DNA of 64,000 bases, taken from assembly GCA_002269645.1 (NCBI GenBank), contig NIVC01000152.1, positions 744,001 to 808,000 on the forward strand. Direction: 5' to 3'. Both the position numbers and the translations under genes were made by a program. Shown one piece after another: positions 1 through 12,800 of the stretch. The notes under the pieces were generated by a model. That model saw only the letters and a list, made by a program, of their open reading frames with translations. It ran no database searches and was not told the origin of the DNA. Source of the DNA: Macrostomum lignano. Its lineage: Eukaryota. How positions within the stretch are numbered: position 1 is the first letter of the stretch; each line of letters starts with the position of its first letter.

Positions 1-822
1 GGCTTTTAACCAACAATTCTTCCATTGACTCGAAAAAGGTGTTAAACAAGGACAACTAATTAAAGAAACGTAGTAACCGTAGTTTAGCTAGTATAGTCCT
101 TGGTGTTGGGCGCAATAAGCAGATCCGAGTACTTGGCAGCGATAACTGTACGTTTAACTTGTTGACATTGATGAACAGCAAGCAGAGAGATGTAGAAGCG
201 GCGCTTCTAAAAATAAAATGCCACTGTAAAATTTCTGTTTGTTGTCGACCACACTTATATTGAACCTTTATATATATTTTCGGTGCCCCCTTATAAACCA
301 TAGGCCTTTCTTTACGACTTCATCTGTATTATCTGCTTTTTCGAAATATTAAGTTGTCAAAGTGACTTGCCCTACGTCTCGGGGGCATTATGGACGACAC
401 TTAATATATTTCACCTCTTTACGTAATGAAAAGGACATAATTTTATGTCAAGTTTAGTGTTAGTAAAATATACAATAGCTTTCATTTTCTAGTGAGCACA
501 ATGCATACGAAAAAATAGTAACATTTTGTTATAGCCATTTTTTCTAAAAAATCGTTTTTTAATTGTAACTTATTCGGTATTTTATAACACGATTATTACA
601 TTTTCCTGTAGAAGGTCGATGATTGATTGGCTTGACCCTAGCTTTCGTCATACGTCACCAGTATTGTAAAATTGTTACTGAGATTTATTATCTTTAGAGA
701 GTAAGGAGCCGATACGATAGTCGGTTTCTTTTTAAACTCAATAAGGAGTCAATATAGAATTTAGTTTCATTCTTGAATTGCAATTGCATCAATAATACAC
801 GTACGTAAATACAACTGCAAGA

Positions 823-3800
823 ATGACGTCGATTTATTTCAGTGTAGTTATTCTTCTCTTAGCAGGTATGCAATGTTGTGATCTATTTTAAATGAGTAGA
901 GTTCAAATTATGATTTTATTTGTGCATAGATTTTTTATAGCATAGACTATATAGCCATATATGTTAGACCTATAATTTTAATACCTCTGACCCTCCCTAC
1001 CCTAATGATGTATTGGAATAGGCTTAGTCAAAGCTGTATATTAGTATTGTCAAAAAAGCAAAAAAAGCATTATAATATAATTATAATATAGTTTAACTAG
1101 AAAATTTAACCATGTGTAGCAATCAGATATTTGTGATATTAATTATTTAACTAATTATTGCTAAACTTAATCACTATAAAAATAAAATGTTGATTGACAG
1201 TCATAAATCTACTTTGTTACTGAAGTGGCTGTTACCAAATTGGCTGGTACTGAAGTGGATTGTATTTGATATTTTCCCAACAGATATTTTTCCCTTCAAA
1301 TAGATAATTCAAACAAAAATTAATTGATGTTTCAGGATGCTCTTTACTCTGGTGCCACATTTAGCTAGTGTTGGGCAAGTTACTCAAAAAAAGTAACTTG
1401 CATTACTGTAACTTAAGTTACCAATTTTTAAAAAGTAACTTACGTTAGCCTAGTAACTTTAGACAAAAACCTGGTAACTTTTAAGTTACTGTCCGTTACT
1501 CACTTCCGTTATTGGCCATGTTATTAACAAAATTTTCTGCTTTTTTCACTTTACACATTTTTTCTCATTGTTGTTACCGAAATTTGCCATTGGTCATTGG
1601 GATTAACCAATTAACAGACAAAGACAGGAATTGGCGACACGATGTGAGGCAAGTAGAAGTACCAATGGGCAATGGCAATCAATAATTAAAATTATAAATG
1701 ATAAAATAAACGAATATCAATAATTCAATAGAGTAAAATAAATAGAACTGTATAAAATGGTCTAGTGTACTGCAGTGCCAGTGGAGGGACTTGTGGAGGC
1801 TACAGATGAATTTCTTTCTTTGGTTGTTTGTTTGAATCAAACCTTGAAAATTTTTAGTAACGAAAATGAAAGGCGAAAATATTTTACAGAAATTAACAAA
1901 GTAAAACATGTTTCAAGTATTTCTTCAATAATTAAGTGCAATACCATATGATACTATTTACTTAATTTTGAATTTAGGAATGAAAAATGCAAAAACATGT
2001 GACAACCAGCGTAATAGCTAAGAATTTCAGTTTTAAATTTAAATATTGCGATTGTTGCAAAGTAACTGTAATGGACTTCTGAAATTTGAGTAACTTACCG
2101 TTACTCCGTTACTAAAATAAAAAAGTAACTTGCGTAAGGAACGCTTTACAAAAAAGTAACTTGCGTTACCATTTGCAAGTTACTCGGTAACGGAAGTGCC
2201 CAACACTGCATTTAGCTTTAGCTAAAGCAAAGGTCATTTAAAAGTACTTTAAAGTGTTAAATAATTTCTAGAATTTAAATAAGCAGAAATTTTCTATCCT
2301 AAAGAAAAAGATAATGATATGAATGCAAAGTGTCAAAAGACAAATTCAATGGCACCCTTTACAAACACATTTTTAGAAGCAAATATCTTAAGAGATATAA
2401 AAGACAATCATATGTCTAAAATGTCATTGAAAAACTGAGACATGCATCAAGAAGTGATAAAAGTTTCAGAGTCAATGATTGAAGCATTAAGACGCAGCAA
2501 TAAATCACATTTTTGGTTTATTCTAGTTAAAGATCATTGATTAATTAAAAACTTTGAATTAATTAATCACCTTACATATGCCAACATATATACCAAATTT
2601 CTTAAGTATATCCCAGAAATTTCTAGTATATATTTTTTCTTATTGACTATTGGTTAGTAAGGAGCAATGTATAATTAAGTACTATAAAGCAAAACTTAGA
2701 AACAGTAAAATTTGCTTATAAAAGATAAAATAAAATCTACTAAAAGCTTTAAGACTTAAAGTTATAATATTCATAGTCTAGATTACATAATAATATTAGA
2801 ATATAACTTGCAATCTTTGCCCCTTGATGGGGGACTTCTGGATAGAATCTTTGTTCTTTACAAGTAACAAATAGACAATGAAAAAACAATAGATATTCCC
2901 TCTAAAAAGAAAATATCCCAAGACAGCAAGCATCCCCAAACAGCATGCAAGCATCCCCTAAATAGCAAGCATCACCCAGACCGAAAGCATCCCTAGACTG
3001 CAAACATCCTTGTATACAAAGAATATTTATAGATAGCTATAGTGACCCCTTCTTAGATAGCAAGTACCCTCTACCCTGAGAGCAAGCATCCTCCAATATC
3101 AAGTTACCCTAGATAGCAAGCATCGCCCTAATAGCAATAATCTATACTTAAATAGCAAGCATCCACCAAGACAACAATTAGCTAATGCAACAATTTCCTT
3201 AGCTTTATAGTGGCTCCTTTATGTTTGGCATGAAGCTTCTTTTTACATTTGAAATGGCATCTCTTTTATGTTTGACATGGTAGTTCTTTTATGTTTGACA
3301 TGGTGGCTCTTTAATGTTCAGCATGGTGGCTCTTTAATGTTTGACATGGTTGCTCTTTTATGTTTGACATGGTGGCTCTTTTATGTTTGACATGGTGGCT
3401 CTTTTATGTTTGACATGGTGGCTTTTTTATGTTTGGCATGGTGGCTCTTTTATGTTTGGCATGGTGGCTCTTTAATGTTGACACTTTGACATATTGGCTC
3501 TTCTATGTTTGACATAGCACTTTTATGTTTAGCATTTTGTGTTTAAAGGTTTTTCTAAAAAACTTTTTTTTTACTACTAAGATTCAAACCCAGGTCAATA
3601 CATTAGCAGTCCAATCTGTTCGCATCTAGGCTATCTCTTTTCAATTTGAGAACATGAACTGTGGCCCTTATAATTTAATACTTACAGCAAGTTAGTTAGA
3701 ATAAAAAGTTATGACATAATCAATTTCTCAGTCAGCCAGTATCAGTCTCAATTTAAGTTAGCAATATGGTTATGCAATTTCAATCAAGTCTTGTGTGCTT

Positions 3801-6800
3801 TTCTTTGGCATTGTTTTCAACTTGCTGTGATGCAATATTTATCACAATCAGAATTCAGTCAGTCAGGTTTTTCTCTAGCATTTTTACAATGCATTTCAGG
3901 TCAAAAGAGCTGCTTGACCTTTCCAAAAAGCATGTTTTTAGAATATTTATTCCCTTTAACATTGAGCAATTTCTTAGCCAAGATGCATGTACCATCCCAG
4001 GAAAATTTCTGATCAAATGGTGCAAGTTTGAAGAAAATCGGTTGAGCCATTTTTTTCTGAAATCTATCACATAGCTAGATAGATATAGACAACTCATTTT
4101 TAGTATATAATTAGACATTTAGTATAGGTGGATGAATCTTTCATAGTATGCTAAATCTGTTATTTGCTAAATTCTAAGACAGAGTTCTTGCATATCTAAC
4201 AACAAAATTATGCAAGTTTTCTCTCCTAAGCTAAACTTCTAATTTATAGTTTTAACAGTTAATCTAAAACATAATAATTAATATATATTTGGTAGCACTA
4301 TAGGAAGTCTGAGGACAATTAGCATGTGTCCTATTTACATTTGCTTATTATAAGTTATTTGCTTATTTGGCATATGTTTATATCTTTTTTTAAGCTCTTG
4401 GCATGCATCTGTGAGTTTTAAAACAGTCTTTAATTAGTCTAAATTAGTCTTTAGTTTTTAAGCCTATTGCTTTATGTACAGTCTTGTTTTAATTGTTTAT
4501 AAACATCTTTTTTATTTGCAAATTTTGCCTTGTAATACAAACTATAATTAATTAAATTAGACAAGCAGTTGGTATAAACAGACATTGTCAGACAAAACAG
4601 ACAAAGTCAAATATTATAGCCTTTTCCCATTGTTAGAAGTATCTAGCAAGAATATATCCTGCCTTATACTAAAAGCAATGGTCATTTAAAAGTACTTTAG
4701 TGTTAAATAATTTCTAGAATTTAAATTCTATCTTTTTATAGTCAGATGGATGCTCAAGAGGTTTGATTCATATTATGTCCCAATTCTGAACAGTGACGCC
4801 TCGGCAGTCGCTGCAGCAGGGCGAAGCTACATTGACCATCACGCCGTCAAAGGCGGTCCGCGGCCAGCCCGTCATATTCGAATGCTCTGCGAGCAACGCG
4901 CCAACAGAAGCGGTGGTTTCCTTCTTCTTTCTCACTCGCACTAAAAATGGCATGGTTGACGACGTGGTAAAATTCGACCAGGGCTGTCAGCCGCTGAAAA
5001 CTAGGCAGAAGAAGCTTGAGAAAGAATTCCAAATTGCTTCGGTTAATCCTAGCAGCTGTCAATCGCTGCAAGTGACAGGTATTACCGCTTCTGAGCAAAC
5101 TGCCGCAGAATATCGCTGCTCATTTCACCTGGTCGCGAGCGATTACAGTAAGACTAGCATTAACTCGCAGTACACTTCGCTCACTGTTGGCGACGAGACG
5201 CCGGAGGTGGGCCTGCTCGAAGTGAAGCGGGCTGGCAAAGGCAGTCCTATCGCCGATAATGGCGAAGTTGACGCCGGCGTCAATGTGAGCATCGTCTGCA
5301 CCGCTAGTCCGGTTCAACCTGCGCCAGAGTACACTATCACCGCTGGCGGACAGCTTAGACTTACTAAGACACCGGCCGCTGAGGACAATGGTCGCGTTAG
5401 CGTTAATTACATTGTGCCGAAACAGATTAGCCTAAAAATTATATGCTCTCTGCACAATGGATTCGGTACTCAAAAGTCCAAGGAGATGACTATTGTTCCA
5501 GTGTGTGAGTAATTCGACTCATAATTATTTATTAATGACATATTTAAGGGGTGAGATTCCAGACATTCTGCGCGAATGGTGAGATCCCAGACATTCTCTT
5601 TTAAAGGGCGAGATTACAAACATTCTCTGTGTGAAGGTTAAGATCCCTGACATTCTTTGTGTGAAGATTGAGATCCCTGACATTCTCTGTGTGAAGGGTG
5701 AGATCCCAGACATTCTCTTTTAAAGGGCGAGATTACAAACATTCTCTGTGTGAAGGTTAAGATCCCTGACATTCTTTGTGTGAAGATTGAGATCCCTGAC
5801 ATTCTCTGTGTGAAGGGTGAGATCCCTGACATTCTCTGTGTGAAGGGTGAGATCCCTGACATTCTCTGTGTGAAGGGTGAGATCCCTGACATTCTCTGTG
5901 TGAAGGGTGAGATCCCTGACATTCTCTGTGTGAAGGGTGAGATCCCTGACATTCTCTGTGTGAAGGTTGAGATCCCTGACATTCTCTGTGTGAAGGTTGA
6001 GATCCCTGACATTCTCTGTGTGAAGGTTGAGATCCCTGACATTCTCTGTGTGAAGATTGAGATCCCTGACATTCTCTGTGTGAAGGTTGAAATCCCTGAC
6101 ATTCTCTGTGAAGGGTGAGATCCCAGACAGTCTCTATGGAGGTTGAGATCCCAGACACTGTGAGATCTTGTTTTTTAATCTGCTGCCGCCCAACCGCCCC
6201 GCATTGCCCGCAGACGGCGCCAGCCACTCTGCCATAGTGATGCCCAGCAGCATTACCCAGACCAACGATGAGATCGATGTCTGCTCTCTCGCTAACAATC
6301 CGGCTAAGCAGCTGAGCGTCACCGTTGAGGACTCGGACAGCCTGCTGGAGCCCGGCTATCCCCGCTACGAGGCCAAGGACGGCGTGTCTCGGGCCTATAT
6401 TAAACTCAAGGAGGCCGCGGCCGCCAAGGAGCTGTCAATCACCTGCGGCCTGGAGGGTGGTGCCGAATCTCCCGTTAGACAGAAGATCTCTATTGTCGGT
6501 GAGTGCCAGGTGTTATATTTATTATTAGATGCTGTTTTCATATAGTGTTTATTAGAAAATCGGAGAGAGGCGCCCTTTTAAACTGATGACGTAATAAGAG
6601 AACGTAACACTTTACTCGTAAAATAAATTAACGAAGCATACTTCTGAACTTTCGAATTCGAATATTACTTGAAGCTATTTGACCTTTAATAAGTCAATAT
6701 AGTCAAACTTGTACCTAAACTGTCTCTAATATTCATACCAAGTTTATATGTCTATCGAAAGTTCATAAGGTGACAAAAATAACAGTGAAAATTCTCAATT

Positions 6801-9800
6801 TGCTGTGTCGAACCTAAATTCTTCAGCAATTGCGTGTGAAACCAAATGTGCTTTTCATATTTAGCGTGAGCCTTGGCCATTATTAACTAATGTTTAATAT
6901 TCATAGATCTGCTTGTTAAATATGCTCGATGCCTTTGAATTCAACAATAAGTATTAGGGAGTTATTAATAAACCTGCTTCAATTAATTAGTTCAAATGCG
7001 ATTCTCCTAATAGTCTGAAGTGAAACCGCCAGCGAATACTAATAATTTATATCGCTTTCATATTCAGTAAGCTTTTGTGCATTATCGTAACGCTATATTG
7101 GTGGATTAAAGCTGCACTTTGGCAGAGTGAGAGTTGGGTTTAGCTAAGATTCCAGCCCCGGTTATACATAACTAAGAAGAGCAGTATCAATTATTATAAT
7201 AAGCAATTGGACAGGCCCAAGCCACAGAATCCGCTTGCTGTAGTGATTATATATACTCTCATTAATAAGACTGGCTAAAGCTGATAGATATGTAGTAATT
7301 AGTTAGCTTGATGTGTAATCATAGTGAACTAGATATAGGTCTGCGTTGTGTCCACTTATAGACTAAATAGTACACCTTTTCACGTTCAATTTTGATCAAA
7401 ATCAAGTTCTAAAAAACACTAAAGAGGACAGCAGTTTCAATTCAAACATAGACTTTATCTCTATGGCTAAACCTTGCTTCGGTGGCAGCGTGCAGAATAT
7501 CAAACGAAACAGATATCATGTTCTTCTCAGTCTTTCTCATTGGGTTTAGCCATAGACATAGACGTTGCCCCAGGCTGAATTGAATTTCCGCTTTGATCAA
7601 GTGTGAACGTGAAAAGGTATTGTCTTATATACAAGGCAGCGCGTAGTGTTAATTATTAAATAAGCTTAACAAAGTGTTGCGCCACACCTTTTGCACTAAT
7701 TAAATAAGCAGTTTCCTAATTCATTGATCTTTTTTCTCTTCATTATTTAACTCCCGCATGCAGCCTCTCTATTCGCTTTCCTCCCGCCCCCCTCCTTTCC
7801 CTATTCTATTTTAGGTGTAGAAGCCTCCACGCAAGGTACAGTGGTGATAATTGGTGACCCATACGCTGGATTCTATAATCCAGTATTACCGCGTTAACGC
7901 AGCAAATGCCTGGGACCCGCCCGTGTGTGCTTGGCCGACCGTCAGTCAGTGTTTCACATGCTTGTTATAACCGGCTTGTCCTTATTGTCATTTTTTTGTG
8001 TTCAAAGTTTCTTTATTGTTTATCCGAGACAGCCGGATGAGGAACCGAAATTGTGATGAGATCTGCGGCGGCTAAGCATCCACCTACCTACCAATCTATC
8101 TACCTATCTATTCTACTACTGGAGAATATGTAATCTGTGTATTGCTAAATAATGGAATTGCTGATTAAAATGATGCTTGATTTTGAATGGCTAGAAATAT
8201 CCACAGTAGTTCCCAATAGTGGATGTCATTTCGAAGGCTCAATGGCTCAACAAAGGCTCAACAAATAGGCCTTCAAAACATTTCCAGTTCAATTGCTACT
8301 TTTAGAAATCCTTGATAGACTTTCATTCATGACTTTGAAGCTATCTGTCCCTCCATTCTTCCTCATTAGTCACTAAATAGGCTAGTCGCTTCAAAACTGA
8401 ATTCCTTGCGAGCACAATTCTCCTTGATAATTTTATTAACGTCATGCTTCTGTCTATACTGTTTATTTATCCGTCTATAAATGATTGATTTTACAGCAAT
8501 CAGCCGCAGCACTACTGCAGCCAGCTACAATAACAGCAGTAGCAGTGCTTTGAGTGCTGAGTTATCTAGTAAGTGTGTGTATGTGTCTGTCAAATGCTAT
8601 TTTTTTATTCTTAGGCTGTTTTCTATTTTAGTTGGAGCTTGGTTCGTAATCAAAGAGTGTTAGTGGGTCTGTCTTATTGTCTGTCGATCTGTCTGTGTGT
8701 CTGTCCGTCTTATCTGTAAGTATGTCTGTCTGTCTGTCGGTCTGTGTCTGTCCGTCTTGTCTGCAAGTATGTCTGTCTGTCTGTCGATCTGTCTGTGTGT
8801 CTATCCGTCTTGTCTGCAAGTATGTCTGTCTGTCTGTCTGTCTGTGTGTCTGTCCGTCTTGTCTGCAAGTATGTCTGTCTGTCTGTCTGTGTGTCTGTGT
8901 GTCTGTCCGTCTTGTCTGCAAGTATGTCTGTCTGTTTGTCTGTCTGTCGGTCTGTATGTCAGTCTCTGTCTGTCTGTGTGTCTGTCCGTCTTGTCTGCAA
9001 GTATGTCTGTCTGTCTGTCGATCTGTCTGTGTGTCTGTCCGTCTTGTCTGCAAGTATGTCTGTCTGTCTGTCGATCTGTCTGTGTGTCTGTCCGTCTTGT
9101 CTGCAAGTATGTCTGTCTGTCTGTCGATCTGTCTGTGTGTCTATCCGTCTTGTCTGCAAGTATGTCTGTCGATCTGTCTGTCCGTCTTGTCTGCAAGTCT
9201 GTCTGTCTGTCTGTCTGTCTGTGTCTGTATGTCTGATTTGCTTTGTGGAAACAATATCAAATAAAGTTATTGTGGGTAAAAAGGATCCATTAGAAGAATT
9301 GGCTGCAGGCATTGATTAGCTAACGGAATTTAAACTGAATCTGTATTGCTAATTAGCTAGTGTTTAATTTGCCAGCGGGATCTTGGCCCTCATTATAAGC
9401 TTTAAGCTTGAAAACTAGCTACATCACATGATATGTACTCATGTATTTGTCAGATTCCTAACCGCGTCATTCTAACCTCGAATTAGGCTTTTTTATAAAG
9501 CGTTCGTCTAATCTCAACCTGTTTTTTAGCTAATCAATATTTTAACTTCACATGCATTTAATGTAATTGTGTTTTTTCGAACACGGTTTTACATTTAATG
9601 AACTTATTGCGTAACTCTGATTCAATTTTATGCCTTGTTTTGTGATTACATAGACTAATCTTTTAAGCAACGTTGAGTGGGAATAATGGGGATATTGATT
9701 GCATTGTCAAATATTGTTTTATGATTGTTTTCCCTTTTGGCCTGTCCGCAAATCTATTTTACTTATTGGTGTCCATGGCGTCCGTGTGTCCTTTATGCGC

Positions 9801-12800
9801 TAACGTCAGTGTAATATTAGAAACAGCTGACAATCAAAACCACTGAAGCAGGCTGGCGGCTGGCAGACAGACAGGCAGCATTCAGTGAAACAGACAGACA
9901 GCAGTCAGTGAGACAGACAGACAGCTGACAGACAGACAGACAGCTGGCAGACAGACAGACAGACAGCTGACAGACAGACAGGCAGACAGCTGGCAGACAG
10001 ACAGACAGAAGTCAGTGAGACAGATAGACAGCAGTCAGTGAGACAGACAGACAGCTGACAGACAGACAGACAGCTGGCAGACAGACAGACAGCAGTCAGT
10101 GAGACAGACAGACAGCTGGCAGACAGACAGACAGCTGGCAGACAGACAGACAGCAGTCAGTGATACAGGCAGACAGCTGGCAGACAGACAGACAGAAGTC
10201 AGTGAGACAGATAGACAGCAGTTAGTGAGACAGACAGACAGCTGGCAGACAGACAGACAGCAGTCAGTGATACAGGCAGACAGCTGGCAGACAGACAGAC
10301 AGAAGTCAGTGAGACAGATAGACAGCAGTCAGTGAGACAGACAGACAGCTGACAGACAGACAGACAGCTGGCAGACAGACAGACAGCAGTCAGTGATACA
10401 GGCAGACAGCTGGCAGACAGACAGACAGCAGTCAGTGAGACAGATGGACAGCTGGCAGACAGACAGACAGCAGTCAGTGAGACAGACAGACAGCTGACAG
10501 ACAGACAGCAGTCAGTGATACAGGCAGACAGCTGGCAGACAGCAGTCAGTGAGACAGACAGACAGCTGGCAGACAGACAGACAGCAGTCAGTGCGACAGA
10601 CAGACAGACAGCAGTCAGTGAAATAGACAGACAGCTGGCAGGCAGACAGACAGACAGCAGTCAGTGAAACAGACAGACAGACAGCAGTCAGTGAAACAGA
10701 CAGACAGACAGCAGTCAGTGAAACAGACAGACAGACAGCAGTCAGTGAAACAGACAGACAGACAGCAGTCAGTGAAACAGACAGACAGACAGCAGTCAGT
10801 GAAACAGACAGACAGACAGCAGTCAGTGAAACAGACAGACAGACAGCAGTCAGTGAAACAGACAGACAGCTGGCAGGCAGACAGACAGACGGCAGTCAGT
10901 GAAACAGACAGACAGCAGTCAGTGAAACAGACAGACAGACGGCAGTCAGTGAAACAGACAGACAGCTAGCCAACAGACACAGCAGAGAGGGTGCCGCCAT
11001 TGAAACATAACCATAAGCAACTCTTTCTTGTCCAATAGGTTTCCTCGAAATCACCAACTTTTCAGTTCATTTTTTGCCTTCTCCTGGAAGCAAGCAGAAA
11101 ATAAAAAAGCAATGCTTCGTGTTTCGAATACAGCCAGCTTAAGCCAAATAACTGTGAGCGAAAAGTTTCGAGTAGCTGATAAGCACCGAAGCAGGGTAAA
11201 TAAGTTGGCACCGGGGATGGAGGTGCCGCTGTGACACTCACAGAATTGAGTAGTGAGTGGAGGCGGGAGGCGGCTTGCTGCGGATAATGAGAAGGGAAAA
11301 GAGCCCGGCAGAGAGAGAGAGTGAGTGAGCGAGTCTGGGGGAATAGGGATTTGCAATCTAACTCAGCTTCTCCCGGCAGCGCAACTGCTGCATCGATTTT
11401 CCCATGCCAAGCCAGGGTGACCGCGGTCAGGGAAAGTCAGGGAAAGTCAGGGAAAAAAATGTGGTCTGGAAAGTCAGGGAAAGTCAGGGAAATTCTTAGG
11501 AAGTCAGGGAAAATTTGAAAGTAAATTAGAAAATTGAAGAAAAAAATTGTGAGACAAGAAAGCGGCTAATCGATAGCACTAAGTAGCTCGAATAGTAAAT
11601 CTGTTTTGTTTGTTCCATGTATTTTTGTTTTTAAAAGCTGGTATTTATTTGAAATTGGCAGATACTTGTTCTTAAATGAATAATTTATGGGCTTGTAGGC
11701 CTACATATTGCTAATCTATAATTGCTGTGCTAATCACACTGACAGTAAAATATATAGTCCATACTATGATAATATATTAACCAGGCCATTAATAGAAAGG
11801 TGTATATTTTGTTTTTCTGTGCTGGTGGCAGAATTGGATAGTGACCCACCATCCTCATCACCGGCTCAAGCGGATTTTGATGCGCTTGTCCTGGAAGCCT
11901 ACACTAAGGGACGCATCACTGCACAGGAAGCTGACGCTGCAAAGTCCGAGTTCACCCAGTTTCGAACTGTTACAGTTCGTGAGCATCGATTTCAGCTGTC
12001 TCAATTCGACTATAAGTCAGACCGACTTGATGTCCTCTTTGCTTCCCTCTTCACTGATTCAACGAGTACCAATAATTTGCAGATCATTGTGAAGATGGTT
12101 CTGACAACCTTCCATGGGAATGCTGCTGTTGAGCGCGGCTTCAGTGTCAACAAAGAGTGCCTAGAACCAAATCTTCAGGGATTGAGCATTCGTTCTCTCC
12201 GACTTGTGTACGAGTGGCAAAAGGGAAAGACTGCCGCTGAAATCATCGCGAAAGTTACCGAGGAGATGTTGAAGAGTGTGAGAAGTGCCAGGAGTAGGTA
12301 CAGGGCCATGTTGGAGCAGCAGCGAGCAGAAGCATCTCATCGGAAATACGAGGAATCAAGGAAAAGGAAGGATGCAACGGTGCTGGAGCTCCAGTCGAAG
12401 CAAAAGAAGCTCCTGCTTGATGTTGCAGTTCTCACCAAAGATGCGGATAGCCTCGTGTACCAATGTGAGACGGATTCAAACATGAGCCTACTCGTGAAGT
12501 CAAATGCACTGCGTCGTGCTGCACAACAGAAAAAGGAAGAAGTGGAGAAGGTAGAGAAAGAGATTGTAGCACTTGAAGGTACGATTCCTCATTGAACTCA
12601 ATTTTAACTACAGTGCTACATCTCTTAACTTTGTTTTACTGTGCGCCACATACAATAAAAGTTAGTACTTGATATTTTTCATGCAATTTTTTATCAAACA
12701 CTACGTTTTTTGTGGTCAGTTTCCGGTGCATTAATTTTTCATTATTAATTCAAACAAATTATTGCCAATACATGCGCTGTTTCAACTTCAATTCAAATTA

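Noticed and set aside
56-301. Short minus-strand ORF at the window start
   Set aside because: No recognisable domain or splice context; AT-rich.
1336-1365. Possible small exon TTTCAG|GATGCTCTTTACTCTG
   Set aside because: Only a weak donor and a stop follows soon; exon 1 joins exon 2 in frame without it.
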